A DNA stretch of 20,000 nt from an uncultured virus (IMG/VR IMGVR_UViG_2061766007_000327) (IMGVR_UViG_2061766007_000327); one strand, 5' to 3'; shown: positions 5,792 to 15,358, numbered from the stretch's first letter. Program-made: numbers and translations. Notes: a model not told the origin generated them from the sequence alone.

Positions 5792-6720
5792 TGGGTAAGG
5801 AGGATAAGTTTAGAGCCATGTACGACCCGGTTGCCGCTCTGCGGAACGCCCCGCGGTTGATGGGGATGGAGTTGACTGAGCACGGAGCCGGCTTGCAGGG
5901 CGGATATTACCTCAACGGAGACCGCCACGCATATAGGCGGGACAAGTTGAAGGTCTTCATTGGTCGCGGAAGTGTCTGGGTAAGCGAGGAAGGTGGAAGA
6001 TGTGTCAGTTTACCTCAGTGGTTGGTTGAATTCGGGGGCGCCGAGAGTTATAGGGATGCCTTGAGGATGATAAAGGGCGAGAGGCAGGCTATCGACTGGA
6101 ATCGTGAGGTCAGGCAGAGGTCGCAGATGGAGTTGCGGTATGTGAGCCCGGATGTACTTGAGGGAGCGAAAGGATATGACTTGAAGAGATGCGCCCTTTT
6201 TAGGTGGATGTGTGGGTTGTTTCCCGAGGAGAAAGTCCGCGAGGCGTGGGATCTGTACAATGTGACGACGGACGCGAACGGGAACGCGGTTTTCTGGTAT
6301 GTGGATCAAAACGGAAAGATATTATATGACAAAAGAATTTTATACAAGGCCGACGGCCACCGAGACAAGTCCTTCTTCCCTGCTCGACGCTATCGTGTCG
6401 CGGATGGGTATTCCGGCAAGTGTTATTTTGGCGCATGCCTGGCTGGTGACGGCAAAAGAGCTTTCATCGTTGAAAGTGAAAAGTCAGCCCTGCTCGGATG
6501 GCTCTACTACGGAAGGCGATTCCTTGCGTGCGGGGGCAAAGGCAATCTTCGGGAAATTGAGCAAGGGATGATGCTTGTGCCTGATATGGATGCGAGGGAC
6601 GAGTGGGCTCAGAAGGGCGAGGTCTTCCGTTGGTGGGAGAAGTGGGGTTTGCCGGAGAGCGAGATCGGCGACCACGCTGACATCGGGGATATGATTGTTT
6701 ATAAAAAGGGTGCGAAATGA
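5791..6720 (+). CDS. Toprim-fold primase-like protein (DUF6371-like)
   Basis: VFWYVDQNGK...YKADGHRDK, FIVESEKSA (Toprim glutamate), LVPDMD (DxD); coupled to the helicase by a TGATG overlap. Confidence 0.75.
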   Translation: MGKEDKFRAMYDPVAALRNAPRLMGMELTEHGAGLQGGYYLNGDRHAYRRDKLKVFIGRGSVWVSEEGGRCVSLPQWLVEFGGAESYRDALRMIKGERQAIDWNREVRQRSQMELRYVSPDVLEGAKGYDLKRCALFRWMCGLFPEEKVREAWDLYNVTTDANGNAVFWYVDQNGKILYDKRILYKADGHRDKSFFPARRYRVADGYSGKCYFGACLAGDGKRAFIVESEKSALLGWLYYGRRFLACGGKGNLREIEQGMMLVPDMDARDEWAQKGEVFRWWEKWGLPESEIGDHADIGDMIVYKKGAK

Positions 6721-7373
6721 TGAGGGACGCTTGGGAAGGGATCTGCAACGCCTATCTGAAGGAGTTTTGCGACAAGCATCTGCTGGATTTGAGTGAGGCG
6801 TACTGGGGGCACGACGATCCCGGGACGATTGCGTGCATAGAGGGCAATTTCATCTCGATGGATGTCATCCGTTATGACATCGACCACGATATCCCGCCGG
6901 AGATGTTCTGGGACTGGTACGAGTACGACCTGGATATCTGCGAGATCGAGGCGGATTACCGCTATTATAATGATTTGAGGAAATTCACCCATATCAACTA
7001 CCCGAGTTTCTGTAAGGGTGTTCCGCTCCCGTATTCCTCGGAAGAAATAGCCCTATTAAGGAAGGAACTGAGTGATATTGAGGGTCCGGCGGACAACAGC
7101 GACAGGTATATAGCGGTGATGTCGGAGCTGACGGGACTTGACATAATGGAGAATTCCCGCCGGGTGTCCGTGGCCTGGCCCAGGTATATGGTTATGTACC
7201 AGATGCGGAAGGACGGGCTTACCTTCAAGCGGATCGGTGACCGTTTCGGGAAGGACCACACGACAGTGATGTATGCGGTCAAGGTGATGAAGGACATGCT
7301 GGATATGCCGAAGATGTATCCGGATGAAATCAAGTTGTGGCAACAATTCCAAAAAATAATCAAAGATGAGTAA
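6717..7373 (+). CDS. Phage protein with a C-terminal DnaA domain IV-like HTH
   Basis: SRRVSVAWPRYMVMY...LTFKRIGDRFGKDHTTVMYAV matches the DnaA C-terminal signature (IGxxFGxRDHTTVxHA). Confidence 0.85.
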   Translation: MMRDAWEGICNAYLKEFCDKHLLDLSEAYWGHDDPGTIACIEGNFISMDVIRYDIDHDIPPEMFWDWYEYDLDICEIEADYRYYNDLRKFTHINYPSFCKGVPLPYSSEEIALLRKELSDIEGPADNSDRYIAVMSELTGLDIMENSRRVSVAWPRYMVMYQMRKDGLTFKRIGDRFGKDHTTVMYAVKVMKDMLDMPKMYPDEIKLWQQFQKIIKDE

Positions 7374-7848
7374 GTTTTCAGACAAGGTGAGGGCATTCTG
7401 GATGTTCAATTTCCGGAATCCCGTTGTTCGCAAGGGCGAGCAAGGCGCATTCAAGTGGGTCTTCAAGAGGTTTTGGCTGTCGATAGAGACGGTCAGTGGC
7501 AATTTCAAGGCCAGGTTCACTGCGGCGGAGCATCCGTACGCGTATTTGCTGGCGGGGAAGGACGACAGTAACATCGTCGGGTTCTGCCAGATGCTGTACC
7601 AGACCGGTATGCTGCTGACTACCGACCAGAAGTTGGTGGACGACATCAACAAAGCGTTTACCAGCTACGATAAGAGGCTTGTCTCGGAGGTCGAGGAGGA
7701 CAAGGGTGAGGAGATCGCGGCGATCAAGGAAGTACAGGCCGTCCAGGAGCATATTGAGCTGCCTAAGAAGGAGCGTAAGCAGAGGGAGAGGGACATCAAC
7801 GGCAGATTTAAGAAGGCGGTGAAGGAAGCGGAGAAGTATGAAGGGTAG
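7366..7848 (+). CDS. Hypothetical protein, 160 aa
   Basis: ORF track; overlaps both neighbours. Confidence 0.85.
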   Translation: MSKFSDKVRAFWMFNFRNPVVRKGEQGAFKWVFKRFWLSIETVSGNFKARFTAAEHPYAYLLAGKDDSNIVGFCQMLYQTGMLLTTDQKLVDDINKAFTSYDKRLVSEVEEDKGEEIAAIKEVQAVQEHIELPKKERKQRERDINGRFKKAVKEAEKYEG

Positions 7849-8047
7849 CGGTAGCCTGATCGGAGAGATCTGCAAGCTCCAGCGCCACATCGATATGATG
7901 GAGAGGCTGATGGGGGATTGCATAATCATCCTGTCGAAGAGGGATCCTGGACATTTTACTGTCGATTATGACGAGGAGGATGTCGGTATCGGGAAGAATC
8001 TGATAGAGTTGTGTTATAAGACTGTCGAGGATTCGGCGTCGATTTAA
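7838..8047 (+). CDS. Hypothetical protein, 69 aa
   Basis: ORF track; operon packing. Confidence 0.7.
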   Translation: MKGSGSLIGEICKLQRHIDMMERLMGDCIIILSKRDPGHFTVDYDEEDVGIGKNLIELCYKTVEDSASI

Positions 8048-8059
8048 ATTAATAGTTTT

Positions 8060-8608
8060 ATGGAAGATCAAAGAAACATTCATTACCGCGTGGGTGGGAA
8101 GCTCACTCACTGTGGTGTCGAGGTCCTTCCCGGCGGGAAGGACATCGAGAGAATTATCATTGCTCGTATTGAATACAAGGAGAGCGAAATGATCAATGGT
8201 AGGACGGAAAATGGCGTGTGGGTGGCGCATTTTGCACAGAACCCTTACACCTCGCTTCCGTTGATTCTGAATGCGACCAACCGGAAGAGGCTGGTTAAGT
8301 TATTCCCGGACTGTGACGGCTACATCGCGAGGCTGGAGAATGTACCCGTGAGGCTTACGAAGGAGCGCACTAGGGACGTACAGGATGGCGGGGAGACCTG
8401 GGGGCTGCGAATCAGTAAAATTCCGGCTTCGCCGGAGACTGCTGCGCCCCAGAAGAAGGTGATTACCGCCGACAAGGTCGATATTATCATAGAATGGGCT
8501 AAAAATCAAGGCTATACTATTGACAATGTCGCAAAAATGTACGATTTTGCGGATGATTCCGTTAGACAGAAGATTAATGACGCTTTAATTGATGACTTAC
8601 CCGAATAG
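8060..8608 (+). CDS. Putative ssDNA-binding/annealing protein partnering the exonuclease
   Basis: PLILNATNRKRL and GLRI motifs; lies 2 nt upstream of the YqaJ-like gene; acidic C-terminus DDLPE. The function is an inference. Confidence 0.5.
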   Translation: MEDQRNIHYRVGGKLTHCGVEVLPGGKDIERIIIARIEYKESEMINGRTENGVWVAHFAQNPYTSLPLILNATNRKRLVKLFPDCDGYIARLENVPVRLTKERTRDVQDGGETWGLRISKIPASPETAAPQKKVITADKVDIIIEWAKNQGYTIDNVAKMYDFADDSVRQKINDALIDDLPE

Positions 8609-8610
8609 TT

Positions 8611-9339
8611 ATGGACAAGCAAGCTAAATGGCTAAAGAAAAGGCTGGGGATGATTACCGCCAGCGAACTGGGGAATATCACTTCTGCCAGTGGAAAGATT
8701 ATCGATAGCAACCTTTCGTACATAAGGGCGAAAAGGTGGGAAAGAAAACACGGCTTTTCGCATCCCATAAGCGCGAGGGCTATGGATATCGGCAACGAGC
8801 AGGAGCCGATGATTTACGAATGGGCAAAAGCGAATTTTGAGAATATTGACATTTTGTATTCAAAAGATTTTGAGGAAATCCCGTTCTGGATCGCCACGGA
8901 CTGCCCGGTAGGGGCGAGCCCGGACGCGTTTACGCCGGATAAGTCGGTGGTTTTCGAGTTCAAGACGCTCGTAGGAGCAACATCGATCGAGTTCTTTGCC
9001 GACGAGTACACGCCTTACGAGGAGAAGAAGCTCGCCGTCTGGAAGGACCACGGAGACCAGCTGCTGGGGCAGTTCATCTCGAACTCCGCAGTCGAGGAGA
9101 TCTGGCTGATCAAGTACATATATCAGGATGACGACATACTGCAGGATACGGACAGCCCCCTGGCGCCTTGGCGCGGTATCGTCTTCAAATTCGCCCGCAA
9201 GGATTATGAGGTGTCCATCGAGGAGATGAAGCGGAGAATTCTGCTCTTTGACAAGATGATTGACGCTCCAATCAGCCCGTCGGATTTCAAGAAGGGCGAG
9301 TGGTATGTTGACCTCAACGGACAATTAAATAAGAAGTGA
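8611..9339 (+). CDS. YqaJ/lambda-exonuclease-family nuclease
   Basis: WLKKRLGMITASE, AMDIGNEQEP, GASPDA, FEFK and Q motifs of lambda-type PD-(D/E)XK exonucleases. Confidence 0.9.
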   Translation: MDKQAKWLKKRLGMITASELGNITSASGKIIDSNLSYIRAKRWERKHGFSHPISARAMDIGNEQEPMIYEWAKANFENIDILYSKDFEEIPFWIATDCPVGASPDAFTPDKSVVFEFKTLVGATSIEFFADEYTPYEEKKLAVWKDHGDQLLGQFISNSAVEEIWLIKYIYQDDDILQDTDSPLAPWRGIVFKFARKDYEVSIEEMKRRILLFDKMIDAPISPSDFKKGEWYVDLNGQLNKK

Positions 9340-9343
9340 CGCT

Positions 9344-9514
9344 ATGGAAGAGCCCGGGAACTACATTATAAAGGATGCAAACGGCAATGTGCTCGTCAGA
9401 GTATATTATAACGGATATAAATATCAGGTATTCCGTCATCCGGCATGTACTCTCGGGACTTTCTTCCAGATTTTGTCATACCTCGAGGAACAAGGATTCG
9501 ACATACAGCTATGA
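9344..9514 (+). CDS. Small hypothetical protein, 56 aa (MEEPGNYIIKDANGNVLVRV...)
   Basis: Manual translation; ATGA overlap with the next gene. Confidence 0.7.
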   Translation: MEEPGNYIIKDANGNVLVRVYYNGYKYQVFRHPACTLGTFFQILSYLEEQGFDIQL

Positions 9515-10143
9515 GTTATTCTCCACTGAATAGGACGACGGCGCCCCAGATTCTGCGCCTTTGTGCATTATGCTTTAAAAATGGCGTATTAGATGCGCAT
9601 AACCTTGGTGATGATTATGCCGCAGAGGAATTTGTGCGGAATCACAAGGAGAACTGGACCTACGGTGTCTTGGGCGAGCCGGATGATTACGACTGGAAGA
9701 TGTGGCGCTTCTCGCTATATAAGTGGTGTAGGCGAGCAGGCTTATCTTCCTTCGCGGACAACTATCTTTATGAGGTCAAAAGATACAATTACCTGTATTG
9801 CCCGATTTTGATGAGCATGAGGTTTTACCTTATGGGGATCGAGGAGTGGTTGTCATATCCAAATCCAATAAATATCGAGATTTTTAAGAGATCGGGCAAT
9901 ATACATTGGCATATTCCAGGATCTCAAAAAATAACTAGGCAGGAAATAATAGCGGATATGCAGGGTTTTACTTATGAGTATAGGCGCATCCCGGAAGAAG
10001 CACAAACAGTGACTGCGGGTGTTCTTGATGAGTTCTGCTCCGCTATATTTGATTTAACTAGCAAGTATGAGAAAAAAAGAGTCTACATCAGAAAAAAGGA
10101 TACACAGCGTTCAGCACCTGGCGCCGAGGGGGAATTGGCTTAA
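9511..10143 (+). CDS. Hypothetical protein (~210 aa)
   Basis: ORF 9445..10143; start moved to 9511 because of the ATGA coupling. Confidence 0.8.
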   Translation: MSYSPLNRTTAPQILRLCALCFKNGVLDAHNLGDDYAAEEFVRNHKENWTYGVLGEPDDYDWKMWRFSLYKWCRRAGLSSFADNYLYEVKRYNYLYCPILMSMRFYLMGIEEWLSYPNPINIEIFKRSGNIHWHIPGSQKITRQEIIADMQGFTYEYRRIPEEAQTVTAGVLDEFCSAIFDLTSKYEKKRVYIRKKDTQRSAPGAEGELA

Positions 10144-10432
10144 TTTTATCCTCTTGCCATATGGTGAATTCTATGGGCAGACATCTAATATCAAAAAGGC
10201 GAAGAAGGGGGATATTATACGCTTTTTCCAGGGCGGGGACTATGAAATAGAGCGAGTTATGAAAATCCCCCAGGATGATTTCTGTGATATGCTATGTAGG
10301 ATTGTTTATGGTATCCCTTTGCGTATAGCTATGCGGAAATGGCAGTCTTATGCTGTCTTAGAGGGGAATGATAAGAATGTTGTCAGTTCTGAGTATTGTT
10401 TGTGGGTTATCTATGGCACCAGCGAAGTTTAA
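10067..10432 (+). CDS. Hypothetical protein, possibly ASCH/PUA-like
   Basis: KKGDIIRF...YEIERV...YGI...W...LWVIY pattern reminiscent of ASCH domains. Confidence 0.55.
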   Translation: MRKKESTSEKRIHSVQHLAPRGNWLNFILLPYGEFYGQTSNIKKAKKGDIIRFFQGGDYEIERVMKIPQDDFCDMLCRIVYGIPLRIAMRKWQSYAVLEGNDKNVVSSEYCLWVIYGTSEV

Positions 10433-10709
10433 CGCCCTTTATACAGAAAAGGTATTAGCGCCGGATGACGCATTGCCCAGATGGTGCGTAGAAGGGACGC
10501 CCCTGGAGACTCCCGACGAGGTTGTCTGCATGGCACATTTTTTGTCGACATGGGATAATAGCAACCACCGCTACGACGACGAGTTAGACGGGTTATGCCA
10601 TAGACAATGGGGCTGTAGTTTCGATTTGATCCGTAATATATGGCGAGGCCGTTTAGAGTTTGTCGGCGATGTCTGGCATTATATTGAATTAAAAAAGATA
10701 GAGAAATGA
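10413..10709 (+). CDS. Hypothetical protein, possible paralog of the upstream gene
   Basis: ORF 10368..10709, likely start MAPAKF; shares a DDxxDxLC...G...W motif with the upstream protein. Confidence 0.7.
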   Translation: MAPAKFNALYTEKVLAPDDALPRWCVEGTPLETPDEVVCMAHFLSTWDNSNHRYDDELDGLCHRQWGCSFDLIRNIWRGRLEFVGDVWHYIELKKIEK

Positions 10710-11095
10710 AGACTGAAGATTTGTTTAAATTCGGGGTAACTCCGAAGGAAGGCCCCCATGCGGGGGAGAAATTCGAGGTCACGAGTGTCGACCGTGATGT
10801 CGTCTATGTACAAGGCAAGGACGGGAGGAACAATTTTCCCCACGGTAGCTACAGGCTATGGGAGCCNNNNNNNNNNNNNNNNNNNNNNNNNNNNNNNNNN
10901 NNNNNNNNNNNNNNNNNCAATCTTAAAAAGGCTATGGAAGCGAGTGGGCTGTCTGACGATACTCTTTTTATTACGGATTTAACCACTTTTGACCCGTTTA
11001 GCCTTTTAAACCCGAATAGACGACTTGGGGCTAGATTCCGTGTTGTTAAGCGTATCCGCGATGACAAGGGAACGGACGAGATAATGGTTTATTGA
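10706..11095 (+). CDS. Hypothetical protein (contains an N gap)
   Basis: ORF track; ATGA overlap with the upstream gene. Confidence 0.65.
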   Translation: MKTEDLFKFGVTPKEGPHAGEKFEVTSVDRDVVYVQGKDGRNNFPHGSYRLWEXXXXXXXXXXXXXXXXXXNLKKAMEASGLSDDTLFITDLTTFDPFSLLNPNRRLGARFRVVKRIRDDKGTDEIMVY

Positions 11096-11253
11096 TGGAT
11101 ACTGCCGTTGCTTTACATCTGCTTGAAAAGGGGGAGGCGTGCTGTTTGTACGCCTCCGTCCTTATCGTACGCGTGGATGAGAGATACTACATCTCCTTCG
11201 ACGGGTCTCAGTGGGAGGAAACGGACAGCGAGTTGATAAAGGCGCAAGTATGA
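11095..11253 (+). CDS. Small hypothetical protein, 52 aa (MDTAVALHLLEKGEACC...)
   Basis: Manual translation; TGATG and ATGA overlaps on either side. Confidence 0.7.
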   Translation: MDTAVALHLLEKGEACCLYASVLIVRVDERYYISFDGSQWEETDSELIKAQV

Positions 11254-12749
11254 TCGAACTCCGTGGATACCAGAGAGACCTGATCAGCGAGTCCCGCCAG
11301 GCTCTGGCCAAACACAAGCACATCATAGTCCAGTCGCCGACAGGTTCCGGGAAGGGCGTTCTTATCGGCTCTATGGCATCGATGAGCAAGTACCGGGTGC
11401 TGATCCTCGCTCATAGTGAGGAAATTCTCAAGCAGGATGCCGGTCACGCTCGGAAGTGGGGAGTAGAAGTGGCAGAGGTTTTCGCCAAGACGAGGAAGCG
11501 TCCAACGGAGAAATGTTGCTGTATGATGGTCCAGACACTCCGGCAGAGGCTAAAGAAGCCGGAATGGTATGAATGGTTTTGCTCATTTGGCTTTTTTATC
11601 CTTGATGAATGTCATAGGGCTGAATTTGATTTCCTTTTCGAACAGCCCGTCATAATTAATCTATTTGTAGTAGGGTTGTCTGCTTCTCCGGCGAGATATG
11701 GTCAGATGCGCCAGTTGGGGCTTGATTATGGAGCCGTCGTTGTCGGGCCGCAGGTCTCGGATCTTATCGACCAGGGCTTCCTTTGCCGATGCCGCCTGTT
11801 TTCTTTGGACGCACCTTCTATGGACGATGTGGAATGGTCATATGGCAGGGGGGATTATAATCTCAGCCAAATGGCGTCGAAATTTAAATCCAGGGCTAGG
11901 TATGTCGGCGCGGTAGATAACTACGAACGCCTCTGTAAGGGGCAGAAATGCCTCGTATTCTGCTGTTCGAGTGAGCAGACGATAAATCTTACACAGGAGT
12001 TCTGTTCTCGCGGTATAGAGGCTAAATACTGCCTTTCCGGCGATTTTGACGAGGACGAAGAATATAGCGGAGACAGGAAGGAAGTCGTTGAGGCTTTTGC
12101 CCGGGGCGAGTTCCCCGTGCTTGTAAATTACGGCCTATTTACGACTGGTATCGATATCCCGGATATCAAGGTCGTAATGCTGATGTTTTCCACGACCTCC
12201 CTGGTCAAATACCTGCAGTGTCTTGGTAGGGCCAGCCGGCCCGCCGAGGGGAAGGATAACGAATTCATCTGCCTCGATTTCGGCAGAAATTATGAGCGGC
12301 TTGGCAGGTATGAAGACAGACGTGAATGGAGCGTCTGGCACAATACTTCTGCAGGCGGTGGAGTCGCGCCTACGAAGGAGTGCCCCCAATGCGGCAGATT
12401 AGTGCCGGTCTCATGGACAGATTGCCAGTTTTGCGGATACCATTGGCCGACTCAGACGGAGACTTATCATGCAGAGTTGCAGGAGATAATCGCAGGTAGC
12501 GAAGAGGAGTCTATTGAGGGCTATGTTGCCAGAAAGAAACTGGAGGGGAAAAAGACTAACTGGATCTTGGTCAATGTCTGTATTAAAAATCCCAATAACC
12601 AGAAGGAAGCCTTCATGCGTGCATGTGAGGTTTTGCGCACAAAGCACGGGGAGAATCTGAGCCCGAAATATTGGTATTTCTTTAGAAAGAACATCCTTGA
12701 TAAAGTCAAGATAAGGCAAAGGAAGGACGAGGGTCCAAAGTTATGGTAA
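11250..12749 (+). CDS. SF2 DExH helicase (RadD/YejH-like) with C-terminal zinc finger
   Basis: LRGYQ (Q motif), SPTGSGK (I), ILDECH (II), GLSASP (III), TTGIDIP (V), QCLGRASR (VI), CPQC...CQFC. Confidence 0.93.
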   Translation: MIELRGYQRDLISESRQALAKHKHIIVQSPTGSGKGVLIGSMASMSKYRVLILAHSEEILKQDAGHARKWGVEVAEVFAKTRKRPTEKCCCMMVQTLRQRLKKPEWYEWFCSFGFFILDECHRAEFDFLFEQPVIINLFVVGLSASPARYGQMRQLGLDYGAVVVGPQVSDLIDQGFLCRCRLFSLDAPSMDDVEWSYGRGDYNLSQMASKFKSRARYVGAVDNYERLCKGQKCLVFCCSSEQTINLTQEFCSRGIEAKYCLSGDFDEDEEYSGDRKEVVEAFARGEFPVLVNYGLFTTGIDIPDIKVVMLMFSTTSLVKYLQCLGRASRPAEGKDNEFICLDFGRNYERLGRYEDRREWSVWHNTSAGGGVAPTKECPQCGRLVPVSWTDCQFCGYHWPTQTETYHAELQEIIAGSEEESIEGYVARKKLEGKKTNWILVNVCIKNPNNQKEAFMRACEVLRTKHGENLSPKYWYFFRKNILDKVKIRQRKDEGPKLW

Positions 12750-12919
12750 GGCTAAGAATTTGGCTCTGCGACATAGGCTGTCGCGTTATTATGGCCCTGC
12801 ATAACAAGATGCGTCATTTCTCCCAGTGGTTATTTACTCTGACGCTTCCTCCCCACCGGCTGAATAAGGTATATAAGCGTTTATATTTTAAGCGCCAGGA
12901 ATTGCGGCATCTCTTATAA
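12743..12919 (+). CDS. Small basic hypothetical protein, 58 aa
   Basis: Manual translation (MVRLRIWLCDIGC...); overlaps the helicase stop. Confidence 0.45.
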   Translation: MVRLRIWLCDIGCRVIMALHNKMRHFSQWLFTLTLPPHRLNKVYKRLYFKRQELRHLL

Positions 12920-12926
12920 TTTTGAT

Positions 12927-12934
12927 TATCTTTG
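12927..12934 (+). promoter_or_regulatory. Bacteroidota -7 element TATCTTTG
   Basis: TAnnTTTG 6 nt before the ATG at 12941. Confidence 0.55.
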
Positions 12935-12940
12935 CTATGG

Positions 12941-13342
12941 ATGATCATAGAGACGCAGAATATGCCGCGCAAGCGGTCGCATCGCTCAAATGAAGGGAGG
13001 ATCCAGGCGGAGTGTTTCGCCTGGTTTTGGAATGAATTCCCCCAATTTAGGCGGTTGTTGTTTCACGTCTCTAATGAGAACGATAGGGCGGACAGTAATA
13101 TTATACAGGGGGCTATAAGGAAGAGCCTTGGGGTCGTTTCCGGTGTAGCCGATCTCATCCTCCTGGTTCCCCGAGGCTCTCACGGGGCTCTTCTTATCGA
13201 GATGAAGGACGAAAAGGGAACTCAAAAGCCTATGCAGAAGGAATGGCAGGCCCTGGTTGAGTCTCAAGGCTACCGCTACGAGATATGCCGTAGTTTGCCC
13301 CAGTTTAAGGGATTAATATATGACTATCTGAAAATCAAATAA
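12941..13342 (+). CDS. VRR-NUC domain nuclease (Holliday junction resolvase-like)
   Basis: EGRIQ, GVVSGVADLIL, IEMK, QKPMQKEW motifs. Confidence 0.9.
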   Translation: MIIETQNMPRKRSHRSNEGRIQAECFAWFWNEFPQFRRLLFHVSNENDRADSNIIQGAIRKSLGVVSGVADLILLVPRGSHGALLIEMKDEKGTQKPMQKEWQALVESQGYRYEICRSLPQFKGLIYDYLKIK

Positions 13343-13349
13343 TTTCAGC

Positions 13350-13357
13350 TATCTTTG
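13350..13357 (+). promoter_or_regulatory. Bacteroidota -7 element TATCTTTG
   Basis: TAnnTTTG 25 nt before the ATG at 13383. Confidence 0.55.
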
Positions 13358-13382
13358 CGGTAGACTCGAAAAACCGCATATT

Positions 13383-14448
13383 ATGAGAATTATTTTAGAC
13401 GAGGAAGGCCGTAGTTATAGTAGCCTATGGANNNNNNNNNNNNNNNNNNNNNNNNNNNNNNNNNNNNNNNNNNNNNNNNNNNNNNNNNNNNNNNNNNNNN
13501 NNNNNNNNNNNNNNNNNNNNNNNNNNNNNNNNNNNNNNNNNNNNNNNNNNNNNNNNNNNNNNNNNNNNNNNNNNNNNNNNNNNNNNNNNNNNNNNNNNNN
13601 NNNNNNNNNNNNNNNNNNNNNNNNNNNNNNNNNNNNNNNNNNNNNNNNNNNNNNNNNNNNNNNNNNNNNNNNNNNNNNNNNNNNNNNNNNNNNNNNNNNN
13701 NNNNNNNNNNNNNNNNNNNNNNNNNNNNNNNNNNNNNNNNNNNNNNNNNNNNNNNNNNNNNNNNNNNNNNNNNNNNNNNNNNNNNNNNNNNNNNNNNNNN
13801 NNNNNNNNNNNNNNNNNNNNNNNNNNNNNNNNNNNNNNNNNNNNNNNNNNNNNNNNNNNNNNNNNNNNNNNNNNNNNNNNNNNNNNNNNNNNNNNNNNNN
13901 NNNNNNNNNNNNNNNNNNNNNNNNNNNNNNNNNNNNNNNNNNNNNNNNNNNNNNNNNNNNNNNNNNNGGCTTTGCAAATCCTGTCTAAATATGATACCCC
14001 AATATATATAATAAGTGGGAATCACGATTTTTATTATCAGGAGTATGCGGGAGCTAATATAATTAAATCCCTATCCGACAGTCTGGACAATCTCACCTAT
14101 ATTGGGCACGATTCTGCCGATATTGATATAGACGGGGCAATCGTCAGACTCTTCCATGGCGGAGATGGCTCTAACTCATACGCGGTATCATATCGTTTGC
14201 AGAAGTTGTGCGAGGCTATTACCGGGGGGAATAAGCCGAATATTCTTCTTGCCGGGCATGTCCATAAATTCTGCTATATCTTTGAGAGAAATATCCACGC
14301 CATATCCGTCCCTTGTATGCAGATGCAGACTGACTTTATGCGAGGCAAGAAACTGGCAGCTCACACAGGATTCCTCGAGCTGGAATTCGATGTAAACGCC
14401 GGAACGATCTGCAATCTTGGCGTTAAATACTTCCCCTTTTATGCATAA
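13383..14448 (+). CDS. Calcineurin-like metallophosphoesterase (middle hidden by a 536-N gap)
   Basis: C-terminal motifs SGNHD, FHG and AGHVH after the gap; start MRIILDEEG before the gap; motifs I-II sit on the displaced contig 17372-17783. Confidence 0.8.
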
Positions 14449-14451
14449 AAA

Positions 14452-15005
14452 ATGGCCACACCATTGATCCCATTACGCCCACAGGGCTATGTCTCAGATT
14501 TAAAGCCAGAACAACAGCTAGCATTGACCTGGTTTGTCCTTTCGAAGTGTACGCGGAAAGAGGCTTTTCTTAGATTTGCAAGACCGGATTTGGCTTTATC
14601 CGGTTCTGGGCCTGCAGTTGATAATCATGTCAAGGAATTCTTTGCGTCTAAAAGCGCGAAGGAATATATAGAGGCATATACGAAAACGATCGAAGAATTC
14701 TTGCACCCCGCGCCGACTCCTACCGAAAAGATACAAGGAAGTATGGAGGAACGGAAGGCCAGGGCGAAAACCAAGCTGGTCGAGTTCGCTATGAGCCTCG
14801 CGGATAATATCGAGAATGCTGGCGATCCGGAGTTTGTCCTCAAGATTGCCGACAAGGCAGGCTTGCTCGACATGGAAGAGAAAGTAGAAGAGCANNNNNN
14901 NNNNNNNNNNNNNNNNNNNNNNNNNNNNNNNNNNTTATTGAGGAAAATTGCGAGCGGGTAGAGGATGGCACTAAATTTGAAGGAGAAGAAGACATTATTA
15001 TTTGA
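14452..15005 (+). CDS. Putative terminase small subunit (N gap; end uncertain, 14961 or 15005)
   Basis: LKPEQQ...TRKEAF HTH-like N-terminus, helical body, position upstream of TerL; the post-gap frame IEENCERVEDG...DIII ends at 15005. Confidence 0.45.
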
Positions 15006-15008
15006 TAT

Positions 15009-15317
15009 ATGGAGATTATAGGTAAAGTTGTTGCGGTTGCCCCTCTCGAGAGGGGTAATTCACAGAGAGGCCCCTGGTGTAGGGCTACGGTGGTTGTAGA
15101 GTATGAGTCAGGGCAGTTCCCAAAGAGCATCGCCCTACAGAATTCGAAGGATGCGGAAAATTTCGCCCGTTTGGCAGTCGGTCAGACTGGTAAGTTCTAT
15201 TTCGACACCAAGACAAGAGAGTATAACGGTAAATACTATACTGATATTAATTGCTGGAAATGGGAGGTTCAGGGCTCCCAGAATCAATCCGCACCTATAC
15301 CCGGCGGACCCTTCTAA
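15009..15317 (+). CDS. Single-stranded DNA-binding protein, DUF3127-like
   Basis: MEIIGKV...GNSQRGPW...EYESGQFPKSI...REYNGKYYTDINCWK...PF, typical of the Bacteroidota OB-fold SSB-like family. Confidence 0.85.
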   Translation: MEIIGKVVAVAPLERGNSQRGPWCRATVVVEYESGQFPKSIALQNSKDAENFARLAVGQTGKFYFDTKTREYNGKYYTDINCWKWEVQGSQNQSAPIPGGPF

Positions 15318-15358
15318 TACAAACCTTTTTCGCTTGACCCTGGAAAATGCCATGACGC

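Noticed and set aside
13383..14025. Long poly-X ORFs
   Set aside because: Produced by the 536-N gap
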